A stretch of 63,301 nt of DNA, counting the filler, from Chiloscyllium plagiosum (Eukaryota), in assembly GCF_004010195.1 (NCBI RefSeq). It is 4 parts of one record of this genome, joined end to end, with 100 filler letters (N's around TTAATTAATTAA, not from the genome) between each part and the next. Parts side by side here need not be neighbours in the genome. Positions count along the whole stretch, not along the records: positions 1 to 30,298 come from NC_057711.1; positions 30,399 to 55,329 come from NC_057711.1; 2 more parts are not named here. One strand, written 5' to 3'. Shown here piece by piece: positions 23,763 through 36,459 of this stretch. Below the pieces are notes generated by a model that was not told the origin of the DNA, searched no databases, and saw only the letters and a program-made list of their open reading frames with translations. The stretch's first letter is position 1, and each line of letters begins with the position of its first letter. A program made the position numbers and the translations under genes.

Positions 23763-24302
23763 GTGTACAATACAAGGCTATCTAGATTATTATATTCTAC
23801 AACATTCTACAATCCCTCTATTTAAATAATATTCTGTTTTGTTATACTCCTGCCAAAGCATAAAACCTCTCACTTTTCACCATTCTACTCGATCATCCAA
23901 ATGTCTGCCTCTTCAATTAACCTATCTCGAAGTCTTTATAGATTCTTCCGTTTCTTCTCACAATTTATTTTCCCATCTGCCTTCATGTCAACAGCAAACT
24001 TGGCTATAATACAGTCACAATATCTTCACAAAATCATGTTACCCCTGTTTGATTGTGTTTACTAAATGTCTAAAGTAAACTATTTCCTACTTAATAATGG
24101 ACTCCAACATTTTCCCAATGATAAATGTTAGGCTTACTGGCCTATAGTTCTCTGCTTTCTGACTCCATCCCTTCTTGAATTAGATTCCCGTTTTACATAG
24201 ACAGTTTTCCAATTCTTTGATTTGCCCTCAGAATCTAGTGATTTCCAAAATATTTTGACCAATACCTCCACTATCTTTGTTGCCACCTCCTTTAAAACCA
24301 TT

Positions 24303-26220
24303 AAATCATAAGACACAGGAGCAGAATTAGGTTATTCAGTCCATCACATCTGTTCCACCATTCGATCATGGCTGATATGTTTTTCAACTCCAGTCTCCTG
24401 CCTTCTCCCCAAAACCCTTGATTCCCCCCCTCCCCCGCCAACTAAACAATAACTTGCCTTCTCTGTCTTAAAGACACTCAGTGACTTGGCCTCCACAACT
24501 CTCTGTGGCAATGAGGTCCACAGATACATCACCCTCTGACTGAAGAAATTCCTCTTTGTCACAGTTCTAAAGTGTTGTCCCTTCATTCTGTGGGTGTGCC
24601 CTCAGTCTCTCCCACTGTGAAAACCTCCTCTCTCCTCCACTCTATGCAAACTTCACCAGTATTCTGTACCTTTCGATGAGATCCCCTCCTCATGCTTCTA
24701 AATTCCATCGAATACTGACCCAAAGTTATCAATTGCTTCTCCTATGACAAGCCTGTCACCCCCAAGATCATTCTTGTGAATCTCCTCACACCCACTCCAA
24801 GGCCAACACATCCTTCCTTAGATTTGTGGCCCAAAACTGCTCTCAATATTCCAGATGTGCTTTGACCAGAGCTTATAAAGCTTCAGCAGTACGCCCCTGC
24901 TCTTGTATTCTAGGCCTCTCGACACGTGTGTAGATGTTGCATTTGCCTTCCTAACTGCCATCTGAACCTGCAAGTTAATCTTAAGAGAATCCTGAACCAG
25001 GATTACTAATTCCCTTTGTGATTAATATTTATGAAGCCTTTCCACATGTAGAAAATCTTCTACATTTCTATTCTTCCCACGTAAGTGCATGACCTCACAC
25101 TTCCGCACATTGTATTCCACTTGCCGTTTCTTTGCGAACACTTCAAACCTGCCCAAGTCCTTTTGCAGCCTCCCAACTTATTCAGCACTACCGGTCCCTC
25201 CACCTATCTTTGTGTCATCTGCAAACTTGGCAACAATACTCTCAGTTCCTTCATTCGGATCGTTAATGTATCATGTGAGTAGTTGTGGTTCCAAAACTGA
25301 CACCTGCAGAACTCCACTTGTCATCGACTGCCATTCCTGAAAAATGCCCCTTTAACCCCATTCTCTGCTTCCTGTCAGTCGGCCAACTGTCTATTCGTGC
25401 CAGCACTTTCCCCGAACCTCCTTAGGCTCAGATCAGCCTCCTGTGCTGCACCTTGTCAAAGGCTTTCTGGAAATCCAAATAGATCACATCATGCTTTCTT
25501 TTGTTTAACTTGCTTGTTACCTCCTCAAAAAATCTTATAACTTGTCGGGTATGACCCCCCACCTTTTACAAAGCCATACTGACTGAGAGCTATTTTACTA
25601 TGCACTTCCAAGTACTCTGCAATCTCATTCTTAATAATGGACTCTAAAATCTTTTCAGCCACCAAGGTCAGGCTAGCCAGTCTATCATTTATGTTGTCTG
25701 CCTCCATCTCTTCTTAAACAGGGGTGTTACATTAGCCATTTTCCACTCGTCTGGGACCTTCCCTGATTCTAGTGTTTCCAGAAAGCTGACCACTAATGCC
25801 TCCACAATCTCCTTAGCTATCTCCTTCAGAACTCTGGAGTGCAGTCCACCAGTGTAGGTGACTTATCCATCCTCAGACCTTTCAGCTTTCCCAGCACCTT
25901 CTCCTTATTGACAGACAATACACTCACTTCGGCCCCTTGACTCTCTTGACGTTCTGGTATGCTACTGGCCTCTTTTATCATGGAAATGACGCAATGTATT
26001 TTCAGTTCCTCTGCCATTTTTTTCTTCCCCATTACTACCTCTCTAGCCTCATTTTCCAGCAGTCCAATGTGTAATCTTGCCTCTCTCTTAGCTTTTCAAA
26101 AATCTCAAAAAACTCTTGCAATCTTCTTTCGTGTAACTAGCGAGCTTACTCTCATATTTAATTTTCTCCTCCTTTATTGCTTTTTTAGTTATCCTCTGCT
26201 GGTTTTTAACAGCTTCCCAA
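24303..26220 (-). mobile_element. CR1 LINE, linker-RT-3' UTR
   Basis: KEKVLGKLKGLRMDKSP, KILESIIKNEIAEYL..QYGFVKG, NFFSQRVMYLWTSLPQRVVEA; tail cataagacacaggagcagaattagg. Confidence 0.9.
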
Positions 26221-26990
26221 TCATCTTCTGCACCAGTGGATGCAATCCATTAGGTCTCGGCAACTTGTTCAGTCCGATTAGTTTGTCAAATACTTTATCC
26301 CCCATGATAGAAACCATTACAAGACCATTCCTGCTCAAAGCACCTTACTTATCCAATGGAATGTTTATACTGTCCTCTATCCTGGAGACCAATGCAAAAT
26401 ATTGATTACCACATGAACACATTACCCCCAGTCCTGTCTTGAGTTTTAACATTTATATTGCATCTTAAAAAGTACCTTTTGGAAATCCAAATGCAATATC
26501 TACACCTTCTCTCTTATCCATTTTTTGCTTGTTACATCCTCAAAGAGCTTTAATAAATTTATTAAACCAGACTTCTCTTTCACTAAATCATGTTCACTTT
26601 GCCTGTAATTATGAGGATTTTCTGTCTTGTGGCTACCTTTTATTACTTGCTTCTAGCATTATCCCAATGACAGGCATTAAGGTAATTGCCCCGTAGGTTC
26701 ATACTTTCTGAGTCCCTACTATGTTGAACAGAGGTATTCCATTTGCAGTTTCCCAACCTGTTAGAACTTTCCAGATTCTGGTGTATCCTTTATATCTGCA
26801 ATTGCTAATGTTAAGACCCTAGGATGCAGCCATTCAGTGCAGGGGAAGGTTAGTGTTAGGTTTAGTTAGTTTTTCTGTTACTGCTTCTTGTGACTGAGAT
26901 TGCTTCATATTCCCTCCTTTAGTCTCATGATTTTCCATTATTCTTGGGATGAGTTTTGTGACTTGACTTGCTTATGAACTGGGATGTATG
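26220..26990 (-). mobile_element. Old degenerate CR1 fragments
   Basis: Remnants of the same RT-proximal motifs (LDFQK, NL.NYRP-like) with many indels. Confidence 0.5.
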
Positions 26991-27042
26991 TATGCTCTGT
27001 TCTTTCTTGTCACACTGTGGTTATCATTTTCCTGCCTTATTA

Positions 27043-27216
27043 CAGAGGAACCTCAATTATCTGGCATTCGATTATCCGAATATTGGACTGTCCGGCAAGA
27101 TTGCAAGGTCCTGATGCTTGGCTAAACTATGTTATCCAGCGTTCAATTATCCGGAATTCGATTAACTAAGCGAAATACTCCCCACCCGTGTCCTTCAGAT
27201 AATCACAGTTCCTCTG
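27043..27216. mobile_element. Tc1/mariner (pogo/Tigger-like) MITE
   Basis: TIRs cagaggaacctcaattatc...gataatcacagttcctctg; TA on the left; second copy at 58384-58555. Confidence 0.8.
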
Positions 27217-27336
27217 TTTATTGTCTTTAATTTTTAGCTTACTGAATCTCCCCTCATGTGAAACCTCTTCCTCCGAACTCTTTGCACTATTTAGTTGAAA
27301 GCCTGGAACGGCACCTTTCTGTTTCAGGGTTAAAAG

Positions 27337-27995
27337 TCATAGAATCATAGAGATGTACACCATGAAACAGACCCTTTGGTCCAAATCGTCCATGCTGATC
27401 AGATATCCTAAACTGATCTAATTCCATTTGCCAGTATCTGACTCATATCCCTCTAAACCCTTCCTATTCATATATCTATCGAGATACCTGTTAAATGATC
27501 TAATTGTACCCCTCCCCCACCACCACTTCCTCTGGCAGCTCATTTCATACACAGACCGCCCTCTGCGTGAAAAAGTTACTTCTTAGCTCCCTTTTTAAAC
27601 TTTCCCCTCGCATCTTAAACTTATGCCCTTTAGGTTTGGACTCCCCTACCGTCGGGAAGAGAGTTTGGCTATGCACCCTATCCATGCCCCTCATGATTTT
27701 ATAAACCTCTAAGTTCACCCCTCAACCTCTGATATTTCAAAAGAAACAGCCCCAGCTTATTCAGGCTCTCCCTGTAGCCCAAACCTTCCAACTCTGGCAG
27801 CATCCTTGTAAATCCCCCTGAATCCTTTGAAGTTTCACAACATCCTTCCAATAGCAGGGTGACTAGAATTATACCCAGTATTCCAAAAGTAGCCTAATCA
27901 ATGTCCTGTACAGCCACAACACGACCTCCCAGCTCCTCTACTCAATTCACTGACCAATGAAGGCAAACCTATCAAATGCCTTCTTCACTATCCTA
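27337..27995 (-). mobile_element. CR1 (HER1-like) 3' fragment
   Basis: Reverse complement closely similar to 4360-5075. Confidence 0.9.
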
Positions 27996-28329
27996 TGGTT
28001 TCTATGTGCTCCACACTGTTTAGTTGGGTTGGTGTAAATATCTAACCAAACAAATTTTGTTTGGATAAGCTTCCTTTCATTGTTTTCTTATTAATTCAGG
28101 GTATGTGGGCTTTGTTGGTTGGGCAAGCCTTTCTTGCCCATCTATAGTTGGCCTTGAGAAGCTGGTGAGCTTTCTCGTGAACTGCTGCAATCCATTTGGC
28201 CTCCAATGCAATTCGGGAGGGTGCTTCTGGATTTTAGCCATTCCTACAATGTCACTAGAAACAAATCCCACAATCCAGTAGGGAATTCTGAGGTTTAGTA
28301 TTGCTGAGAAATTGTTTTAAAACCATATT

Positions 28330-29585
28330 TTCCTTTTGTTGAAAGACTGCTCACGTGGGAGGACTGACCTTTGAACTCGATGAATCAACAATTATGATCT
28401 AAAAACTGGACAAGTGCAGTCATGTGGGAGCGTCTTTCAGTGGACAGTTGGAGGGGGTCGAAATGTTTTGCACTATTAATGCTATCCTGCACAATCATGC
28501 TAATCCAGATGTTAACCAGGCAGTGGTGGAAAGGATAAGAGTGATATTTCTGAGTGAAACAGAGCCAGAAATGTATAAAGCACTCAAGAATTTGCTCACC
28601 CCTGCTAAACCAAAAGTGATATCACATTTTTGCTGTATCTTGAGCAACGCGACCTTCGCAAACCATTGGAGATTACTGAAAGCTTGCAGTTTGGAATAAG
28701 AGACCAAATGAAGCAAGAGCTGAAAAGGCTAATGACAGAGAACATTATTAGAAGAGTTGAACACTGTAATTCAGTTCCTCCCCAGTATAGTACTACCAAA
28801 GGCAAATATGAATGGAAGAATATATGGGGATTATAAAGTGACTGTAAATTAGACACCAGAATATGATCCACCCAATAATTTGTCAAATGTTGAGAATCTG
28901 TTCACTTTGGTGTCAGGAAGCTAGCTTTCTTTTTAAAATTAGATCTGACAAGTGTCTGTCTGAAACTTGAATTAGATAATGAGTCGAATCATACTTGACT
29001 ACTATTACCCACATGCATCTATTTTGGTTCCACTGTTGTTGGTGCATCTTCACCCTCCAGAATTTTGTAACAAATTCAGGGAGTAGGATATAATTTGGAT
29101 GAATAGGCAGGTCCACGACGACAAGCTGAGGAAGGTGTTTCAACGTTTGGAAAAGACAAAAATTCAGACAAAGGTAGTCAAAATGAATTGTTTTAAAATA
29201 TCTTAGTGTTTGTATTCAGAGTCCGTAAAGGTGGATTATATTCTATCTAGAGTAGAGTAGATTAGATTAGATTACATTACAGTGTGGAAACAGGCCCTTC
29301 GGCCCAACAAGTCCACACCGACGAAGCAAAACGCACCCATACCCCTACATTTACCCCTTACCTAACACTACGGGCAATTTAGTATGGCCAATTCACCTGC
29401 CCCTGCACATCTTTGGACTGTGGGAAGAAACCGGAGCACCCGGAGGAAACCCACGCAGACACGGGCAGTTGCCTGAGGCAGGAATTGAACCCGGGTCTCA
29501 GGCGCTGTGAGGCAGCAATGCTAACCACTGTGCCACCGTGCCGCCCGTAGTGTTCAAGCAATTAGAAACACTTCACTCCAATGGA
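28330..29585 (+). mobile_element. Ty3/Gypsy LTR-retrotransposon internal remnant (gag-like and RT), internally deleted
   Basis: RVIFLSETEPEMYKALKNLLTPAKPK (gag-like); FGIRDQMKQELKRLMTENIIRRVEH then, frameshifted, IVLPKANMNGRIYGDYKVTVN (Gypsy RT N-terminus); HE1 SINE inserted. Confidence 0.75.
29258..29546 (-). mobile_element. HE1-type V-SINE, younger (TCTAA)n-tailed subfamily
   Basis: Reverse gggcggcacggtggcacagtggttagc head, ggttcaattcc B box, CpGs retained, (tagat)n at left. Confidence 0.9.
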
Positions 29586-29853
29586 ATAGAGTCATAGAGA
29601 TGTACAGCACGGAAACAGACACTTCGGTCCAACTTGTCCATACCGACCAGATATCCCAACACAATCTAGTCCCACCTGCCAGCATCTGGCCCATATCCCT
29701 CCAAACCCTTCCTATTCATATACCCATCCAGATGCCTTTTAAATGTTGCAATTGTACCAGCCTCCCACACTTGCTCTGGCAGATCATTCCATACACCTAC
29801 CACCATCTGCGTGAAAAGGTTGCCCCTTAGGTCTCTTTTATATCTTTCCCCTC
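29586..29853 (-). mobile_element. CR1 (HER1-like) 3' end truncated by an LTR insertion
   Basis: Reverse complement of the 4808-5075-type 3' end; stops abruptly at tatctttcccctc|tgtggtg. Confidence 0.9.
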
Positions 29854-30298
29854 TGTGGTGAAACGGTTAAAAATTATGTCCCAATACATGTGTGAATCTA
29901 ACCGGAATGGAGGTGTTGCTTAGTCCCGTGTGAATCTTATTACACACCTCCCCGTGTGAATCTTCTTATCTGTATGTAACCAGAATGGAATGTGTTTTTT
30001 AGCCTTGCTCTGCTGTTCACATGAATGTTTATATCTGGAAAAGAGTATATCAGCTGGAAAAGTCTCCAGTTCGGTGAGTCTGCTCCGGGGTTACGTTTAA
30101 CCGCCGAGCGTGGGTTGTTGGCAACCGCTCTACGAGAACTGACGGCTCCCAGTTCCGGTAACATGTAGAGTGAGTATAAGCCAGACCCGTTGTAAGTATG
30201 AGACCTGGCTGTGGCGACGCTGCGGGGAATAAAAATGCTCATATTCTAGCAGACTCGCCTCTTGGCTGTTTGTTCTGTGTCAGACTACTTTCCTACGA
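29854..30298 (+). mobile_element. LTR (Gypsy or ERV), CpG-rich, 3' end cut by gap
   Basis: Starts TGTGGTGAAA; internal repeats cccgtgtgaatctt; TATA-like at ~30046; AATAAA at 30228; ends tttcctacga at the gap. Confidence 0.6.
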
Positions 30299-30398
30299 NN
30301 NNNNNNNNNNNNNNNNNNNNNNNNNNNNNNNNNNNNNNNNNNTTAATTAATTAANNNNNNNNNNNNNNNNNNNNNNNNNNNNNNNNNNNNNNNNNNNN
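30299..30398. other. Assembly join: N44-TTAATTAATTAA-N44 artificial linker (also 55330-55429 and 59380-59479)
   Basis: Three identical 100-bp spacers with a six-frame-stop palindrome in the centre. Confidence 0.95.
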
Positions 30399-31636
30399 CC
30401 TTTTTGTACAGGTCACTTCTACCCCAAAACAGATTCCAATGATCCAAAAATATGAATCGTTTTCCCATACACCAGCTCCTCAGCCATGCATTCATCTGCT
30501 CTATCCTCCTATTCCTGCCCTCACTAGCTCGTAGCACTGGGAGTAATCCAGATATTACTACCCTTGAGGACCTCCTTTTTAAATTTCTGCCTAACTGTCT
30601 GTAATCTCCCTTCAGAGTCTCAACCTTTTCCCTTCCAATGTCATTGGTTCCAATGTGGACAATGACCTCCTGCTGGCCCCTCTCCCGGTGAGAACATTCT
30701 GTACCCTCTCTGAGACATCCTTGATCCTGGCACCAGGGAAACAACACACTATATTATTTTTATCTCTGCCCGCCACAGAAACGTCTGTCTGTACCTCGGA
30801 CTACAGAATCCCCTAACACAACTGATCTCTTGGAAGCGAACATACCCCTCGTTGCATTAGAGCCAGTCTTAATACCAGAAACTTGGCTGTTTGTGCTACG
30901 TTCCCAAAGAATCCATCACCCCTTACATTTTCTAAAACAGCATACCTGTTTGAAATGGGTATATCCACAAAAGACTCCTGCACTAGCTGCCTGCCTCTCT
31001 TACCCTTCCTGCAGTTAACCCATCTATGTGACTGTATCTGAGACTTTCCCCCCTTCTTATATCTGCCATCCATCACATACTGTTGCTGTTGCAAATTCTT
31101 CATCGCTTCTATCTGTCTCTCCAACCGATCCACTCGATCTGATAAGATTTGCATCCAACAGCATTTATGGCAGATATAATCTGCAGCAACCCTTAAACTC
31201 TCTTTAAACTCCCACATCTGACAAGAAGTACATATCACTGCAAAGGCCATTTTTGCTCCTTCACAATCTACAGACCCAGAAAATAACACCGTCTTATTCC
31301 TCTACAAACACTGCCCCAGGTTAAATTAATAGCTATGGCTTATATTTTAAGTTTAATCAAGAGACTTATCTCCAAAAACATTTAATCAAGAAAGAATCCA
31401 TTATACTCACTACTGCAGCCTTTCTCTTGGACAGACTTAAAACAACAATTACCTTATCTGGTTCTGTGCTGTGAACTTCGCCCAACAGTTCCTGCAAGAT
31501 TAGTGGTGAATTTCACTATTTGTTAATTTTCCCAGATGCACTCCGATGTCCAGCAGTACATGAATTCAACAGCAAAGGCAGTAACTGTGCAGGTTCGCTC
31601 TCTCTCTGTCTCCTGCACTGTCCTCACCATGTGCTT
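30399..31636 (-). mobile_element. CR1 LINE 5' end: 5' UTR and ORF1 (zinc finger, coiled coil, SGNH esterase), frameshifted
   Basis: CTSCQMW...CHKC zinc finger, LSDRVDRLERQIEAM coiled coil, IPISNRYAVL, GDSVVRG, VHIGTNDIG, VVISGLLP, NAWLRSWC. Confidence 0.9.
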
Positions 31637-32372
31637 CATGATTACAAATTTTGTACACCTATCACCAGGTTTACATTTGAATGATCCATTTCCTCAACAA
31701 TTACTGCTTTTTGCACAGAGACAATATTTCCCATATCCTTTTGCTGCACTTCATTATGGTGCAAGTTACTGAACTGCCTGTCAAACTGCTATCATTAAGT
31801 GCCATATTACTTGAAAACTCAAACAGGACAGTGTACATCCTGGAGAAAGCATTAAACATAATCATTTCAGAAACCCATTTCCAGCCTTAAATGAGTTGGG
31901 AGGAGGGCAGGCCATCGGGCTGGGGTGGTAGTGACAGGGGAGGGAAGAGAGAGAGAGTGTTCTAAGGAGAGAAGTCCCTAATTTGTATATCATAATGAGA
32001 CTGAGTGCTTCTTATTTCTGGGCCAGTTTAAATTTCATGCTGGCTTCATAGGCCTTACAGGCCGAGAGAAACCTAACAGTTGAGAGGAAACAAGAACAAC
32101 AGGATAAAACAGATAGGAAGGAGCTTAAGTGTTTTTCCCTTTCCCTCAAATTTACTTGTAAACTATCCTCACAATGTTCCTCATGAAATAGTTTACCTCC
32201 TAATAGCTGACTCCCACCAGATGCCCAACCCCTTATCAATGACCAACTTCTAATATTTGATCTCTCCTGATGTCACCTCCCCTCTCAATATTCAAACTCA
32301 CCCTCAATACCAGCTTTCCTTCTGATTTTATTTCTCCTCCCAATATTCACTTACTTCTCCCTATCCCACCCT

Positions 32373-32980
32373 TCCTGAGGTCCTGTGACTACCTGCTTCA
32401 ATCGTATGTAAGATGGCAGCGGAGTAACTGCGCAGTGTGAAGGCTCCTTAGCCCATGAGCCCTGAACTCATCTGCTCTTACTTTTTATTCTTGCTCTGCT
32501 TTTTTTTGATGTTTCCAGTTATTATGGTTATTATCAAGATTCATCTTACCTTCTTTTAATGGCTTTGGAGGAATACTTCTCCCAGTCCAGCGATGAGGTG
32601 GTTTCCAATGTGTGGCGGTATCAGCCTGGCATGGCAGCCTCCCAGTGTGGTGGCCTTGTCTCGGCATGGAGGTTTCGTCCCCAGGTGGTGGTCTTCTTTG
32701 GCATCGGCTTCCAGTAGTCCAGAATCCCAACATGACGTTCTCAACCCGAAATGGTGGTCTTGCCCCAGCGGTGTCTTCAGGGGATTCCATCTTTCCTTTC
32801 TCAGCTTTACCTGAGCACAGGAGCTGTTAACTGAACTTGATGAACTTTGTCTTAACTTTACCTTTTATCATTATTATTTATGGATTCTGTCATTAGTATG
32901 GGCACCTTGGTCCGGCAATTTATAAAACCTTCCACTGTATTTTTCATGCGGAAGTACTCGGGACAATAAATTTCTATTCT
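32373..32980 (+). mobile_element. Non-autonomous non-LTR element (LINE-like 5' and 3' ends, no ORF)
   Basis: aagatggcagcgg (YY1-like) at 32410; ends ttccactgta...gtactcgggacaataaatttctattct; possible TSD ctatccca(a)ccct at 32361 and 32979. Confidence 0.5.
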
Positions 32981-35900
32981 ATCCCAACCCTCATAATGTT
33001 AGTTTATCTTCCAATGTCTATTGTAAATGATCCTCCCAAAATCTGATATCTCTCCTGAAGTCTGACCGTCACATAACTCATTTCTCCTCTTCAAAGAATC
33101 ACCTAATTGGTATAGTGCAGAAGGAGTCTGCTCGGCTTATTGTGCCTCCACAGACTGTCCAAACAAGCATTTCATCTTTTTTATTACTACTTATTCGTGG
33201 AATGTGGTCTTTGTTGGCTGGGTTAGCATTTTGTGCCCATCTGTAGTGGCCCTTGAGAAGGTGGTGGTGACCTGCTGCTTGAGCCACGGTAGTCTATTCG
33301 TTGTAAGTTAACCCACAATCCTGTTCAGGATGGAGCTTCATAATTTTGAATACCTCTCTTTAATTTCCACTCAGCTTTCTTTTAAGGTAGGAAATGGTCC
33401 TACCTTTTCCAATCAATTTTCAGAACTAAAATATACCTCGATATTGGTTTCCTCCTGATATTTGACCACCAAGCCACTGTCTGATCATCTTACAGCTCTC
33501 CAATCCCGTCTAGATGGCCTACCCCACTGCCAATCCCCTGATTTGGTGGTCATTTGCTGAATTGTACCTAGAATCGCTGGCTTAACTATTTGATGGTCTG
33601 CCTCTCACAGATGGTTGAAGATAGAAAACAAAGTGAAAATGAACTAAATCTGGTCCTACCCTTAAATTTCAAAGGACATCTTCAAACCTCATTCTGCCTC
33701 TTAAATCTCCTCTCTGTTCACTTGTCCTCTTGGAGTTATTATTAGGACTGAACTTGCCTTTTTTAATTGATATTCTGTTTTATTGTTCTTTTACTGAGGC
33801 AAACATGTCGAGTTTTCCCTCATCTGCTCACCAATAAGTATTCCTGATAGTAAAATTAGCTAACAAATTAGCTAACATCTAGTAAAGCTATCTTTCTTAC
33901 TATGGTGAAGGTATGGCAAATTATGTTGATATTTCCCTGCATCAAAGAGCTATGATCAGAACATGGTAATCCTGGTTGGTGGTTTCATTAAAATATTTGG
34001 ATCATTTTGACAAGCTGTTTCGTCTCATTCACAAGCTGCTTTAAAGGTAATAAAGTTCCAGGTTGCATATATATCAGAAGGGGAAAAAAAGTCTTTACAA
34101 CATAGAGTGAAAATCAGCAGCAAAAATATGGACTCCAGATGCTTGTTCTCACGCATAAAATCAAAGTCCCAAATGAAACAGACATAGATTTGTTTCTTGC
34201 CCTTCTGTGACTTATATCATTGTGTTTCATTACATTTGGTGTTTAAGTTTGAGCAAGAGGACTAGTAAGAAGGTCATACTCCTAAGAACCTTAACTCTTT
34301 TGTAGTTGACACAGTGATCAAACCATATCATCTTGTTAAGATATCCAGAAACTAATCTGCAGAGGGATTTTTAACTGTTTTACCCATTTCCAGTCACATT
34401 ATCATTCATCACATATCTCTTGCTTCTTTGAATAAAATTGCTAAATTACTGCAGAATATGATGGTAGTTTTACATTGCATGTTAATGTCTTCAAGAATCT
34501 AAGGTAACACTGTTCAAATTGATTTCAAGTTAACTCGCAGGAATACCCACTTTAACTGATTCCAGAAGGTTAAAATGGATTCTAGATGACAGAGGCTAAA
34601 GAAGTTGTTTTTAACTTATATATCCTCATGATTAGTCACACACTCAAAATGTTAACCTATTATGGTCAAATGACCACAGGCTCAAAATTGAATATTTGAA
34701 ATTGATCCGCAGCCAGAGAATTTGGGCCAAACTAAATTAAACAGCAACCTGCAGCTACTGCTGCAGAGAGCAGTGGAAATGAAGGTCTGTAGCAAGTTGG
34801 GGTCAGAAAGGTTCAGTGGGATCCAGTTGCAACCAGCCCAAGGGTTGTGTGTTGGAGAAATATCATTCAGACATTCTGGCACCTTCACTTCCAACCAGTG
34901 CTGTAAGGTGGGACAAAAGTTCCCATCAGATACCCCAAACTAAAACCCTCTGAACTTGGGACATCAGTTTCTGGAATTCAGATTTGAACTAAGAGTCACT
35001 GAGCTGAGACAGATTAGGCAATATACAAGCCTAAGGGGAGCTGTCTAGAACAAAGAAGGCTCCCACAAATGCCTCAGCTAAAAGACAATGAACATCAGCC
35101 TGCAGAGCAAACAACCAAGACATTCTGGAGCCTACAAAATTTTGAAACCATTTGCTCGGACACAGAGATACTGAACATTCCACACCATCGTACGACATGC
35201 AAACAACATGTTTGCCTTGAATGGGAAGGTCTTCACACTATCAGCAACATCTTTACCTATACCCATCTAAGAGAAATAATGGACATTCAAAACTATCGGA
35301 AACTCACTCACTTTAACTGGAGAACCATTCACACCTCATCTAATACTCAGGAAGCTCATTCAGCTCCAAGAAGAGGAACAACAGCTCAGTGATCAAATCC
35401 AGATTTGGCGAGAGATAGGGGACACCGCCAGTCAGTATAACTGGGGAACCCTGAGTGAGAGATAAGGAACACCGACTGGTCCTCACCTTCCACCCTACCA
35501 ACCTTCGTATAAACTGCATCATCCGCTGACATTTCCGCCATCTCCACACGGACCCCACCACCAGGGATATATTTCCCTCCCCATCCCTATCTGCTTTCCG
35601 CAAAGACCGTTCCCTCCGTGACTACCTGGTCAGGTCCATGCGTCCCAACAACCCACCCTCCCCTCTTGGCACCTTCCCCTGTCACCACAGGAATTACAAA
35701 ACCTGTGCCCACACCTCCCCCTCACCTCCATCCAAGGGCCCAAATGAGCCTTCCACATACATCAGTTTCACCTGCACATCCGCCAATGTCATTTATTGTA
35801 TCCGTTGCTCCCAATGCGGTCTCCTCTACATGAGGGAGACTGGACACCTTCTCGCAGAGCGCTTTAGGGAACATCTCCGGGACACCCGCACAATTTAACT

Positions 35901-36249
35901 CCACACCCCCGTGGCCCAATAGTTCAACTCCCCCTCCCACTCTGCCAAGGACATGCAGGTCCTGGGCCTCCTCCACTGCCACTCCCTCACCACCCAACCC
36001 CTGGAGGAAGAACACCTCATCTTCTGCCTTGGAACACTTCAATCCCAGAGCATCAATGTGGACTTCACCAGTTTCCTCATTTCCGCTCCCCTACCTTACC
36101 CCAATTCCAACCTTCCAGCTCAGCACCGTTCTCATGACCTGTCCTACCTGCCAATCTTACTTCCCACCTATCCGCTCCACCCTCCTCTCCGACCTATCAC
36201 ATTCACCCCTACCTCCATCCAACTAGTGTAAACCTGGCTACCTTCTCCC

Positions 36250-36459
36250 CAGGAGAAAGTGAGGACTGCAGATGCTGGAGATCAGTGCTGAAAATGTGTT
36301 GCTGGAAAAGCGCAGCAGGTCAGGCATCATCCAAGGAACAGAAGAATCGACGTTTCGGGCATAAGACCTTCCTGAAGAAGGGCTTATGCCCGAAACATCG
36401 ATTCTCCTGTTCCTTGGATGCTGCCTGACCTGCTGCGCTTTTCCAGCAACACATTTTCA
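36250..36459. mobile_element. Short inverted-repeat PLE-terminus insertion nested in a PLE, with TSD
   Basis: Arms 36287-36371 and 36377-36461; TSD gctaccttctccc at 36237-36249 and 36460-36472. Confidence 0.85.
36372..36399 (+). ncRNA. Minimal hammerhead motif at hairpin apex
   Basis: CTGAAGA A GGGC TTAT GCCC GAAA C ATC. Confidence 0.7.

Larger units (their letters stand above)
20915..24300 (-). mobile_element. CR1 LINE fragment (20915-21582 and 23763-24300) split by an LTR insertion
   Basis: QQVVRKANGMLGYIARD (ORF 21390-21587) and VLKEVATKIVEVLVKIF..SLDS (ORF 24134-24316) are CR1 ORF2 motifs. Confidence 0.75.

Noticed and set aside
30343..30354. Palindromic TTAATTAATTAA islands (also 55374 and 59424)
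   Set aside because: Identical N44-12-N44 layout three times marks an artificial scaffolding linker; adjacency across these joins is unproven
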